Shown here: positions 52,088-64,000 of the stretch, one piece after another
Layout: every line of letters begins with the position of its first letter
Position numbering within the stretch: the first letter of the stretch is position 1
Translations under genes and position numbers: made by a program
Notes under the pieces: generated by a model
Told to the model about the DNA's origin: nothing
Database searches by the model: none
Seen by the model: only the letters and a program-made list of their open reading frames with translations
Assembly (NCBI RefSeq): GCF_032062105.1
Contig: NW_026941099.1
Location: 62,001 to 126,000, forward strand
Origin: Saccostrea cucullata
Lineage: Eukaryota
Direction of reading: 5' to 3'
DNA length: 64,000 nt

Positions 52088-53693
52088 CTTTTGTCCAGAA
52101 GATTAAACATTTGATAATTGATAACCTGTTTTATTACATTGAATGAAGTTTTTAATTTTTTTGAGGAAGGAAAATTGCAAAGATGGCGAGAAAAATAAAC
52201 TTTAATTTTTTTTTATGTTCAATGCATCTATTTAAGCATATGTGATGTTTAAGAAAAATAACGAAAATTTGAAAAAAAAAAATTGTACAATAATCAAGGG
52301 ATTTCTTTTTTTAAAAAGAAAGAAAATAGTGTTCAGTAGTTTTTAAACACTTTGTTTACTAAGTATTTATTATCAAGTGTAGCTGTTGATCATGGAAATG
52401 AAAAAAAAATGTTATCATGAACATTATATGACGTTGATACAAAAGGAGTTTTAAGAATGCATGCATTTTTCATAATTTAAAGAATTTACATGTATACATG
52501 TATTGTTTATTTATAAACTACCCGTAATTTAACTAATGGCATTAGTTTTTTCTTTATAATAATATAGAACTAGATTGTTAATAAAGAAGAATTCTTCATG
52601 GTTATATAAACTATATTCATAGTATTTTGTTATGTTTGTTTATGATAATGATATCATTATGAATTGCACATTAAATTTGATTAATGAACAGTTTACTTGC
52701 GTTGCAATAACTACAGAAATAAATGAATTATTGTAAGATGAAAAGTAATTTTTAATCCTCTATTTTGTGAATTCTGAACTCTGTGTCCAATCAGATCTGT
52801 CAGGTTTTGCAAAGTAAACAAAAGAAAACTATACAATTTTAATTCAAATCATTTTAAAAACCTACAATTTGGACTGATGTCACGATAGTAAATGGTAATT
52901 CATATTGTCCTCTTCAATCGCTGTACTGAAGGAGAGATTTTAACGGCAAATTTTTATTTACAAAAGTAAATTTTAAAAAGTATTTATAATTTAAAAATCG
53001 TATTATTTATAGTTTTTTAAAAGGTATAAATTCAATGGCAGCAAGTTGATGGGTGAAATAAAGTGAAACATGAAAACAACAAGGAAATAAGAGGAATAAA
53101 AAGTACCAGTTACAAACAGGGACAGGAACTCTTGATCTGAAAATGTCAAAAAGTGGAACTCAAATTCAACAGGAAATTGCAGAAATATTGCCAATATTTT
53201 CATGCATATTTTTTCGGTCACCTTTTCCATAAATTACTTCAATTTTAAATCAATCAGCCAGTAAAATAAATTATTTGATTCAAGAAGATAGACTTTTAAT
53301 AGCTTTTATGGAAGATTGCCGATAATGTTTTTACATTATTCGCTATATACTAGTATACCGGTACTCATATTCAGTACATCGACAAGATTTTTATTTAACA
53401 AAAGATTGTATCCTATATTGAACTTTATGACCACACAATTCTCTGTAAAGTTTTAAAAGGTTTTAAAAATGATTAGAAAATGTCCAGAGAAGAAGATGCT
53501 AGCCGTTTTCTACAATTCGAAGGTGAGATATATACATGTATTTAAGGAATGTTTTTAAGTTTTGTGTGAGTTATTGGTGTGTGAATCACACAGACTTGTC
53601 ACGTAGGCATATTTCATGAAGCGCGGCATAAGACAGCATTAGACAGCATAAGACAGCATAAAGTGACTTATCCTAAAATTATTTAAATTCAGA

Positions 53694-56222
53694 TCATGTA
53701 AAGATATGTCTGATTGGCGGTTTAGAAATGATAACATCTTCTGTTTTATTGGGAAGCACCTGTTCTTTTTTCTTGAAACTTGATTTGATGAGGACAAAGA
53801 TGACTAAAATGAGGACTAGTAATACGAAGACGGCTAGTAGGATATAAAGCCAAGTAAAATCATCCTCTGACTCCTCTGGCTCTGGAGTTGAACCTGGAAT
53901 TCAACAAAGTGCATAAAGTAATTTATATATACATGTAGTTTGAAACTTAAGACAGACTTTTGGAGAATATTTATGTAAGCTTATCATATACTTGTGTTAT
54001 ACAATATATAGCTATACTTAATTTTTCCTCAGGTATAGTTTTAGGAATGCATTCAATAATTCATGAATTAAGTCATTCTTCTTATTAAGGGTTAGGAAAA
54101 TTTATTGCTTTATAACGTTCGAGTCTGTTTTTAAAATGTAAACTGTTAAAACTAAGGTTACACTAATTAAATTTTTGTAGCTATAAAATGTATTCCTTAA
54201 AAATTATTTTCCATCAACCAGATCAAAAAAAAAATTATGTCTCCTTCAAAAATGCTCTTACAATAAACATATTTAAACAGTAACGTCACATGGATGGATA
54301 CGTTTTTGCGTTAATATGACGGTGGTACATGTTTCAGGTTTCACGATGTTTTACAACCAAAATTTGACGACGGATTTTCCGTTATATCTCGATCATGTCA
54401 AGGGGCACACGGCGAGTGTGACTGATCAGCAGGAAATGCTCACTCCTCCATATATGGCACGTGATCCCACCTCTAATGTTTTGGAGGTCCGTGCTTGCTC
54501 TGCCCCTATATTGTATTGTTTGATGGTGTTTTTTTTTAGCTTGAATACTGTTCGTTATCTCCAAATATTCTATTTATTGACAGTATCCCTTTTTTTTAAG
54601 ATAAAGGAAAGAACAATAAATGGTATACAGGTACGAGTACAATTATATTTCGTAATCCTAATATTTTTCATTGTATTGTTTACTCTTTATATCATGAGGT
54701 AAATATGATGAAAAGCAATTCTGAACTTTATAATAAGATTGTCAAGGAATGTTTCAACTTACAAGAGGATAAAGCTGTATATGTCACGGTCTTTCCATAT
54801 GTTGACGATAAGGAAGTCGACGTCTGTCCTGTTATACACTCCTCTGGATTAATGGTTGCGGACACAGTGCTACCACTAGTTGTATATACCTTTAAGATAA
54901 ACTTTAAACTATGAACGACTGTTTTTAATGATGATTTAGTCTTGAACAATCCCTTCTTTTATTTAAGAGTTCTATTTAAGAGTTTCTTACTACAATGTAG
55001 GCACAATAAAGTGGTAACATTTTCGTTTAAATGGAACTGTGTAAGTTAATCTTTAGAACGTCGTGTAGGAAATAAAGAAAAAATGAAAGTATTTAAAGTT
55101 TGAAATAATCCTGATTTTTCCATCAGCACGAATTTTAATGATACAGTCTTGCAGAATATATATGATAAATGCAATCTATCATTGAGTGAAAAGCTGACTG
55201 ATGTTTGTTTACTAATTGTTGTATCATTATTAACACACCGAACTGTCGATTTTTTTTCCATTGTTTGCTGATCATGACGAGGCTCACACGGAGGATCTGA
55301 CCTGTCAGTGGAGTTTTATGAAGAGACTTACTTTTACATTCGACAGCTGACTTTTACATTTTAGTAATTGGAATTTGTCTCTGTTTAAATTGTAGAAGTC
55401 AGTCGTCGATTGTAAAAGTAAGCCTCTTCATAAAACTCCATTAGGGGATTCTTACTACCTCCTGGTTCTCTATCCGATGAGATTCATAACGATTGCTCTA
55501 ATTTTAAATATCTGGACTTAAAATCTAATCTTTTTTAACAGCTTACCATGCATGAAAATTGAAAGCTGGTAGGATTTGTGACAGATGAGTCAGCATTGTA
55601 CAAAGTGACAAATGTGTCACTTCCTTCAATTCCAGTGAACGCACAATGTAACGTACCCTCACCTATATAAGATATAAGAAAGCCAACTTTTAAAAATGTC
55701 AATTATCTTTTATTGGCAGCCCACTGTTATTGAAAGAAAACCGCTGTGTTTGAATTTATGATGCATTTATCAAACAGATGGTATTACATGCCTTTTCAAT
55801 ATCACATCATTTATATTATTAAGACACAAATATCAAGCAGACAGTCGAGATAACAGTTTCATTATTTTCATATCTATTAGCTCCTTAAAAGTAAAATACT
55901 GTAATTTATTCTTTTAATAAAAATGATATTTGAAAGAATATCGGACACACGGAAGATTTGAAGATTTCTTTCCGAACACAAAGAATGTCGATAAATATAT
56001 TTAAAATTTTTTTTAAATCTCCCAAACAAATGACAAAGTCAAAATCAGTCAACACAAATATACCGTTCTTGTCTGTAATTCGGGTGTAATAAAAAAGTTC
56101 GTGGACTGAGGCTATAAAATTAATACAATATAGTCTGTGCTTTCAAGATTTATGAGGTACACAAAACAACAGAAAATAAAGAAATGTTGAAATTGTACTT
56201 TATGTTCATTATTTGCCAAATT

Positions 56223-56257
<35 letters not shown>

Positions 56258-59200
56258 GCCCGGCGGCAACAAAAATCTAAAAAGCTATTTTAAGCATACT
56301 GTAGTGCATAGGTCACAGTCAAGGTCATCAGGTCATTGACCTTGAAGTCATTGGAAAGAACTTGATTAGTGGAGTATGCACACCAAATATGATGTCTCTA
56401 TCTTTTATGGTTCAAAAGTTATGGTAAAAGTTACAAAAAAGCTATTTTTAGCATATAGGTCACAGTCAAGGTCACCAGGTCATTGACCTTGGTGTCATTT
56501 GAAAGAACTTTATAAGTGTAGCATGCATACTAAATATGAAGTCTCTATCTTTTATGGTTCAAAAGTTATGGTGAAGGTTAAAGTTTGCAGACAGAAAAGC
56601 TATTTTTAGCATATAGGTCACAATCAAGGTAACTAGGTCATTAATATTAGTTTCAATTGAAAGCACCTCATTAGTGAAGTATGCATACCAAATATGAAGT
56701 TTCTACCTTTCATGGTTCAAAAGTTATAGCGAAGGTTAAAGTTTGGGGACAAACAAACAAACAGACAGACAGACAGGACAAAAACAATATACGCCTCGGA
56801 TCTATCGATCCGGGCGCATAATAAAAACGACATTATATGATCAACTGGTGCCTTCGCCGACTAGTTTCATGACGTCCGACAACGTCATTGTTTTTCAATG
56901 TCCGCTTCTTCTACCTCACACACTTTTTTGCTTTGTTCCTTGAAGCTAAGTACATATAAAGACTAAAACCGGTTTTGTTTACATGACTTCACAATTTAAT
57001 AAACAGCAGCTTTCAATGCATATACCGGTAATATTGCAAATTGATAGATTTATACATTAGGAAAGATCATCTCTTGATTGTGCCAGCATATTTCGCTTTC
57101 TGGAGTTCAATATCTACAAAACATGATCAACGTAATTTTTACGTGATTTATTTTTCACACCTAACCTACAAATTGACATTAACGGTGCATTCCTTTTTTA
57201 TATGAATCTGTTGTTAAATGCAAGAAAAAAAAATAAACAAGTACTCTGGATGCATATCATTTTCTGTAGCCAGTTTATTTATTTCCTATGTCTAAACCAG
57301 TTTTTTGGTTTATTCTATAGATAGAAAAGATTATGCAAACTAGTTTAAAAAATCATTGATGTATCGAAAGCGGTTTTAAGGATGGATGATACAAACAAAC
57401 TTTTGTCAACTTTATTCATATTTCAATGTATTAAATGACTAACTTTCACCGCTTAGTTTTTAATTTCTTATTCAAATTTGCACAAACTCGAATTTAAATG
57501 AAAAAATATTAGTATAGATTAATAAGGATGGTTTCAGAAGGGCAGACTTTTGAACCTCACAGAAGGTTAACGATTTCTTTCTTTAAGTTCTAGAAATTTA
57601 TTATTTGTATTATTTGCCATCAAATTACGCCAAAAAATATATAACAATCCAGGCATCTTTTTTTTGTTTGTATCATCTGTCCTTAATTTTTTTGGCGCTA
57701 GTACACGAGCTTTTTGATACCCCTCGTACAATTTAAGAAAGAAAGTGATGAAGGAAGAACCCTACTTCTGCAAAAATGAGTAATTATAAACAAATTAATA
57801 ATTCACGTTTTTAAATAATTTTCCCTAATGAGGATTTATTTATTTTCACGAGAATGAAAATATACAAGAATTTTGTGTCAAAGGTCAAATAAATCCCACG
57901 TCAAATCACAAAACATTAATTAATGTCGTATTTATTCATGAGAAACATTTTATATCTTCTATACATTGTATCAAGCATATATAGTACGATTTTAAAAAAA
58001 ATCAGTTTTGCACTTCAAAGTAATGTAAAGTAAATATACTGAAACGAAAAAGAAACGCAACAAGCAGTAATCTACAAATGTTTGAATTAAAAAAAATATT
58101 TTCAAAAATTAATACAGTAGGGCTGTACTCAGTTTTTCAAAAGATCAGAGCTTTGATAAAAATGTTAAATGTTAATCATTTTACTTTACTCAGTAACATA
58201 TGCCAGTTAAAACACCCCTTCCCAACCATTCAAGTAAAACGCGCAAGACTGCCCTAAACAACAACTGCAGCGTAATTTTTACGATACAATAGGTTCGTAA
58301 ATATCGAGATCTGAGCGAATATTAATTTTTAAATGCCCGTTTTTCAGATGATTAGGTAAAATTTTCTCTAACTTAGAGCAGTGAAACCACCTTTGGACTT
58401 CCGGTACAAGGATTGTCCTCAATGCATATGATACGTAAGACCCTGTTGAGGCGTAATGTAGTGAATTTTTGCATCAGCAACTCTCCATCACCTTTACATT
58501 GAAATTTTCAGCTAGAGCAATGAAAATGCGTACTGAAGTCATTTTCAAGAAGCCTTAGCATCGTTAGGGGGAACAAAAGGAGAGGGGTCTTTTTTGAAAT
58601 ATTGCTACATTACTTATGGTTAACAGTAAAAAACCCTTAAAATTCCATAATATTGCCAAATGTTTTGTTAAACATGCAATTTTTGATTTCTGTCAAGCAG
58701 ACTCAAACTTGACTTCCGCTTATGTTATGAAAATCGTTCATGTTTACCAAATTGAAGATATCAATAATTTTAGATACAAAATTCTTTACTTTACACAATT
58801 ATTTACCCTAGAGTAGGGTGTTACGTTTCTTTTGCGTGTCAGTATACATTTAAAAGGTATCCGTACCATCATTAAAAGCTAATAGGACTTTAGTGTAGTA
58901 AATTGCATTGCAATTTCAAAACTTGGTATTTATCACTGGGTAAAAGATATGAATACTCACTGGAAAACATTGGATTATCATTGCATAAAGTGTCGTTGTA
59001 TATAAACATTGTTTTGTTTGTACACGTGTCCAGCAAGGTATCAGTGCATGCAAGTCCCGTGTATGTATATGAAAAGATTCCTTGAATACTTGTTGGACAA
59101 GTGACCATTGCTGAAACTGCGTGTCCTGTTTTAAATTTCATAAAGAACGTTAACGAATCAAAATACACGTACCAATAAAATATTCCATATTGCACTGGGT

Positions 59201-59835
59201 GTAAAGAGTTCATCAAACGCTAAAGGCAATTAAGTGGATTTAATTACAAAAGTAATTAGGTAATGATCATTTATGAAATTTTTCATTTTTTTCAGAAGCA
59301 AGGATATTTTTTGAATTAGATGAAAAAAATTATTAATGTTATGTGCCTTCTCAATAAATACCTTGTTTGACTGCAACATGGTATCTTTCCATTCCTAGAT
59401 TAGAAATGTCATTGCATACTTCTCCTTGACTTACACTTGTGACTGAAATATGCTTGATGATAACACGCTCGTACACAGAAGGTGATGTTTTAACTTCATG
59501 TTCAGCTTAAAAAAATAAGCAAAAATATATAATTCATCATAAGCACTGATTACACAATTGACTACGTTTACATAACTGTGAAAACAGTGACATCAAAGAA
59601 AAGAAACAGAACATTTATGTTATTATCTTCGCAGAAGTGTTTCTTCACAATACGAAACCTTTCGATATTTTATCGATATTCATTATTGTGCAAACTTAAA
59701 GAAAATAAAAAAATGTAATATTACTCACATGTATGAATGCTGAATAAATATTTAAAGTAGCTCTGCATTGTGAAGCTCATGCAAATGTAAATATAGGTAT
59801 CTACAGTTGTAAAGGGTCTATAAATACCATTTGAC
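53694..59835 (-). CDS. Uncharacterised Cys-rich single-pass membrane protein, 5' end unresolved; exons (-) 59835-59729, 59505-59362, 59125-58961, 55662-55547, 54889-54763, 53893-53694
   Basis: Six GT-AG exons join in frame without stops: ...YIYICMSFT...YERV...VTCPTSIQGIFSYTY...GTLHCAF...FSCMVYTT...SSCSTPEPEE, then TM WLYILLAVFVLLVLILVIFVLI, then KSSFKKK...IFT*. Confidence 0.8.
54400..54560 (+). mobile_element. Penelope-associated terminal repeat fragment
   Basis: ggcgagtgtgactgatcagcaggaaatgctcactcctcc...gatcccacctct; related reversed pieces at about 5480-5530, 36020-36070 and 63610-63665. Confidence 0.5.
55309..55440. mobile_element. Short hairpin MITE in an intron
   Basis: About 50-bp inverted arms tggagttttatgaagag... 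/ ...ctcttcataaaactcca. Confidence 0.7.
56228..56827 (+). mobile_element. HINE (non-autonomous Helentron) carrying Cg170-like satellite units
   Basis: aaacaagatgtgtttgtgaaacac start; about 3 units with ggtcacagtcaaggtca..ggtcattgacct; (gaca)n; terminal hairpin; A-tract. Confidence 0.85.
57380..57682. mobile_element. TTAA MITE with the same TIR family as 47364-47980
   Basis: ttaa|ggatggatgatacaaacaaa ... tttgtttgtatcatctgtcc|ttaa. Confidence 0.75.
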
Positions 59836-60752
59836 CTACAATTTAAACGGATTTTTTAAAAATATTTATTCAATACAAACATAGTATGGTAAAATTCTGT
59901 CGCTATCAGACTTGAATTTAATGCTAAGGTTGCGTTTTTGGTGATAAAATTAGATTTTTTTTCAGAATAAGAACTATTTTTGGAGGTGGGTGGGGTGGGT
60001 GTGGGGTGGGGGAAAGAACGTGCAGATATTGAACAAAATTTATTGGAGACAGCGATGTTACTCTTTTCATGACAGTAAAACACATGTAAAATCTCGTGAT
60101 TAACAGCTTATACAGTTTCATGCGGTTTGACTTCTGCAAACATATTGCAGTATAAAGTACTCGCTAAATAAAATATACCTAGTGTAATGATATTTTTATG
60201 AGATTTGTTTATTCCTTAAGAAATAATAATATAAATCGGAAATATTGTTAACGTCAATGACAACCCATATGTTACTTTTAATAAAAGAAATTATATTTTT
60301 TCAATTTCTAAAAAAAATGCATATTTATATTAGCGTTTTTGTTTGAACAAGTTTACGATGTGAGTACTTTTCATGTTGAAAAACGTCATAAAAACATAAA
60401 ATGAGAGAGATGAGCTTAAGAAAAAACATTCCTGAGATCTGGCGCATCTTTTTCATACTTGGATATTTTACTTGAAAAGGACCATAATGGTTATCTAACA
60501 ACCATATTCTGTGATAAATGTGATGACTTTAACTTTTCAATGTCAAAGACAGTAATCAAAAGAAAACAAGATGTGTTTGTGAAACACTGATGCCCCCTCC
60601 CCCCGAACGGTAATGACTAGGACTTATATACTTCACATACGCATTTCTTGTGACAAGACATTTCATTGGATACAAAAATTTGGAATTTGACCTCCTTTTT
60701 AATAACTTTAACCTTAGCCAGAAGGTTTGCACAGTTAGGGGGCTAGGGCCTA

Positions 60753-61484
60753 TTTTTTTATGCGCCCGGATCGATAGATCCGGGGCGTATATTGTTTTTG
60801 TCCTGTCTGTCTGTTTGTCTGTTTGTTTGTTTGTCTGTTTGTCTGCAAACTTTAACCTTCGCCATTACTTTTGAACCTTGAAAGATATAAACTTTGGTAT
60901 ACATACTTCCCTAATTAAGCTCTATCAAATGACACCAAGGTCAATGGCCTTCTGACCTTGACTGTGACCTATATGCTAAAAATAACTTTTTATGTACAAA
61001 CTTTAACCTTCGAAATCATTTTTGAACCATTAAAGATAGAGACTTCATATTTGGTTTGCATACTTCTCTTATCAAACCCTTTCAAAAGACATCAAGGTCA
61101 ATGACCTTATGACCTTGACTGTGACCCATATCCTAAAAATAGTTTTTTCGTCCCTTTGCCATAACTTTCGAACCATAGAAGATGGAGACTGTGTATTTTG
61201 TATTCATACTCCACTAATTAATTTCTTTCAAATGACACCAAGGTCAATGACCTTATGACCTTAACTGTGACCTTTATGCTAAAAATAGGTTTTTTGTACC
61301 TTTGCCATAACTTTTGAACCACAAGAGATAGAGACTTCATACTTGGTATCCATACTAGACTAATCAATTTCTTTCAAATGATACCAAGATCAATGACCTT
61401 GACTGTGACATATATGCTGAAAATAGCTTTTTTAAAAGATGTGTTGCCGCCGGGCGCATAGTGTTTTAAAAAAACATCTTGTTT
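60753..61484 (-). mobile_element. HINE with about 4 Cg170-like satellite units (inverted relative to 56228)
   Basis: Reverse complement of the same structure. A second HINE 5' fragment abuts it at about 60563-60750. Confidence 0.85.
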
Positions 61485-61753
61485 AAAATTGTATTTCTTG
61501 TAAAAAGGCCTTACTTACGATACCAACATATTGGATTTGCATTTGAGACAGCTTAACGTTCGCTATGTTGCCATTCGTTCAAAACTTACCTTGGCATCCG
61601 ATGAATCAGAAGAATTACGTATGTGAAGTATGTACCTCTTAGCCCGTTTAAAACTTACCGTGGCACCCGATCCTACATCTGATGTTTTGGAGGACCCTAG
61701 CTATTTCCTCTGCTCCTATTTTGTTTTTTTTATGGACTTTTGATCTTGAATTA

Positions 61754-63473
61754 CTGTAAAAGTGGTTATTTACGCGTGGGGGAAAATTACACTACTTACG
61801 CGGTAAGCTAGAAACCGCGTAAAATACCCCCGCGCGTATGGTCTCAAAATTTCAATCTTCTGGAATAATTCTAGATAATTACCTATACTGTTAGACGGGT
61901 TGAATCAGTCGTATATTTATCGTGGTATTGAACGCACGTGAATAGATAGATATATCACTTGTGATGAAAACGTCACTGTTTATTATGTTACTTGTGCGAT
62001 GAAAAACGCATCTTCATATTTAGTATTTTAAAGCAACGTCAAGCAATTAAAGCTTCATAATGTTCATCGATACTCATTTCTATTTCCTTTCTATATTCGT
62101 TTATAGTGTTCTTAATTTCAAATGATATAGTCCAAAATGTTACATAAATTCTCAGTCACTACTAACATACCTATTAAATTAATTGTCAAAACTTGACACG
62201 CAGATGCAGGTTAGTAGATTTCACTTCGAAGTTCGAGCTTGCTTAAATAATTGCAATAAAGCCTACACCAGTTGTTCACACTTCACCGCATTTGACTGTG
62301 CACATCGACGTTATATTTACAATCCAACAGTATAAATTCTTATTAATTTGTTTAATTTGTTTTTAATTATTGAGGTCTTCCGTCTTAACTGGAAGACCTT
62401 TCTGTTAATCTTAGGTTTCTTTTTCACTTTTATTTTTGTTTTTTCTTACCGACTTTGTGCACGCGATTTCTCGAAAACAGCTTGATGAATTTTCATGAAA
62501 CTTTCAGGACTTATGTATCATCACTTGAACCTTGTGAGTTTTTTTTTCTTTTTTGTTGACGTCACTTCCGGTCTGAGATATTGCCGATTTTATGAATTTT
62601 AAAAGGTCAGGTTGTCCAGAGTTTTTCTGGAAAATGGGTTAAGATAGAAATATGAAACTTTCAGGTATGATAGACCTAGGTCTGTAGATGTGCCTTTCGC
62701 ACTTTGCTTTATCCTGAAACGCCGCACGTCGGCGCTCGATATGGTCCGAAAATAGTCCTGTCGTGAATTTCAAAATTTCTAACACCTTTTCTTCCATATC
62801 TTTTTACCTAAAAATATTTTGTTAAAACATAAAGAACAAAAGAAGTGTGGAATTCTGAACTCTTTCAATAATATCTCGAAAAAGTGGCTGGTCCTTAAAA
62901 TTAAGGGCTTAGAGGGGCCGAAAGTTTTTTCTTTATATCTCAAAATGTATTGAGAATTTGTAATACGTCAAAGAAGCAAAGTTGTTTAAAATGTCAAGCT
63001 TAATCTATTAAAGTCGTCAAAATACTTCCGGTTAGCCGGAAGTAGTCGGAAAACGCGTATTTTTGTTCGAGAAGTTTTTGGATAACATACGTCTTTAGGA
63101 GCATAAAAATTAATTCTTCGTCCGTTGTCGTCACTTCCGGTAAAACCGGAAGTAGTAAAAACAGCTTATTTTTGTATTTATTTAGATAGCTTAAAACCAT
63201 TTTTGGCCGTTATTTCTAATTCTTAAAAAAGAAAGCTGCTTCTTGTCAAATAGGACGGAAGATCTACTCGTTGCTTTGCGACGAGCTTTGCCCTAGTTTT
63301 TAATTATTTTTTAAAATCATTTTCAAAGGGGAACAACCTGATGTTAGTTGAGATATCGATGGCCGCGTAATTTTTTTCGGTAACTGGTGGGACCGCGTAT
63401 ATTATACCCACGCGTAAGGTTTGGCAGTAACAAATGCGTACTTAACAACCACTGTGAATAACCACTTTTACAG
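61754..63473. mobile_element. TA-TSD MITE containing a nested Helentron-like element (about 62368-63300)
   Basis: TA|ctgtaaaagtggttatt ... aataaccacttttacag|TA. The inner element has a hairpin aggtcttcc..ggaagacct and a matching subterminal gacggaagatct. Confidence 0.75.
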
Positions 63474-64000
63474 TATGTTCTTTATCTCCATGTTTTAATG
63501 AAGAAGGTTTGGGTATTGGATTAACCATAAAAATTTTATTACAATGAAAATGAATTTAGCAGAAGGACATTACTTTAAACACATACACAAACCTATGAAA
63601 ACCATACAATGTAGAAGGGATCAGCTACCACATAAGAAATAAGCATCTCCTGTTGATCGGTTACGTTGACAATTAATAATATGTACTGATCAGGGATACT
63701 GAGTTATCAGTAATAGTTATAAGCTGAAAACTGTCGTTTATGTCAGATATTAGACGACCCGAGGCGCGTTAGCTACTACTCTATGACATAATGGACAGTT
63801 TTCGGCTCATAAATTACTTCAATAATTTCACCACTGTCTATCACTTCCATTGTTAACTGATTGTACACCCACAGGTAAGGTCTCGTGCTGCTTGGATGAC
63901 TACCCAGCAGGCACACAACATTGAATAAACTTTGAATCAACATTGTTTTTCTATGTTGATTCAACATTGATTTTATGTTAGATTCAACGTTGAAGTCTTA

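Noticed and set aside
63776-63967. Stand-alone 63-aa gene
   Set aside because: Its start lies in a transposon end (tacccagcaggcac at 63901). At most part is a candidate exon with a weak donor.

Overview
This is AT-rich eukaryotic DNA with spliceosomal introns. It is most likely an oyster (Ostreidae), inferred from Cg170-like satellite units inside HINE/pearl-type elements and bivalve-type SINEs. The ORF track misses most genes because the exons are short. Reading splice sites by hand shows a + strand tandem array of miniature EGF-type receptor genes from about 0.5 to 52 kb: at least 9 copies plus a 3' relic. Each has a signal peptide exon, a CCxxF/Y exon, one 8-Cys MEGF/CED-1-like EGF exon, a Ser/Thr stalk, a TM segment and a cytoplasmic tail with YxxV motifs and a C-terminal T-x-L/F. 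There are two subfamilies, A (7 copies) and B (2 copies). Only the last copy (50311-51872) is intact as assembled. The others are cut at different points: before the TM, at a tyrosine motif, or before the C-terminal motif. The closest pair (A2 and A7) differs almost only by non-synonymous changes in the ectodomain exons, suggesting diversifying selection on an immune or recognition receptor family. A convergent, unrelated multi-exon Cys-rich single-pass membrane gene lies on the - strand (53694 to at least 59835). The rest is dense with TEs: Gypsy gag, Ngaro/DIRS-like SGNH, Penelope, Sola-, Kolobok- and mariner-like MITEs, HINEs and SINEs. There are two assembly gaps.
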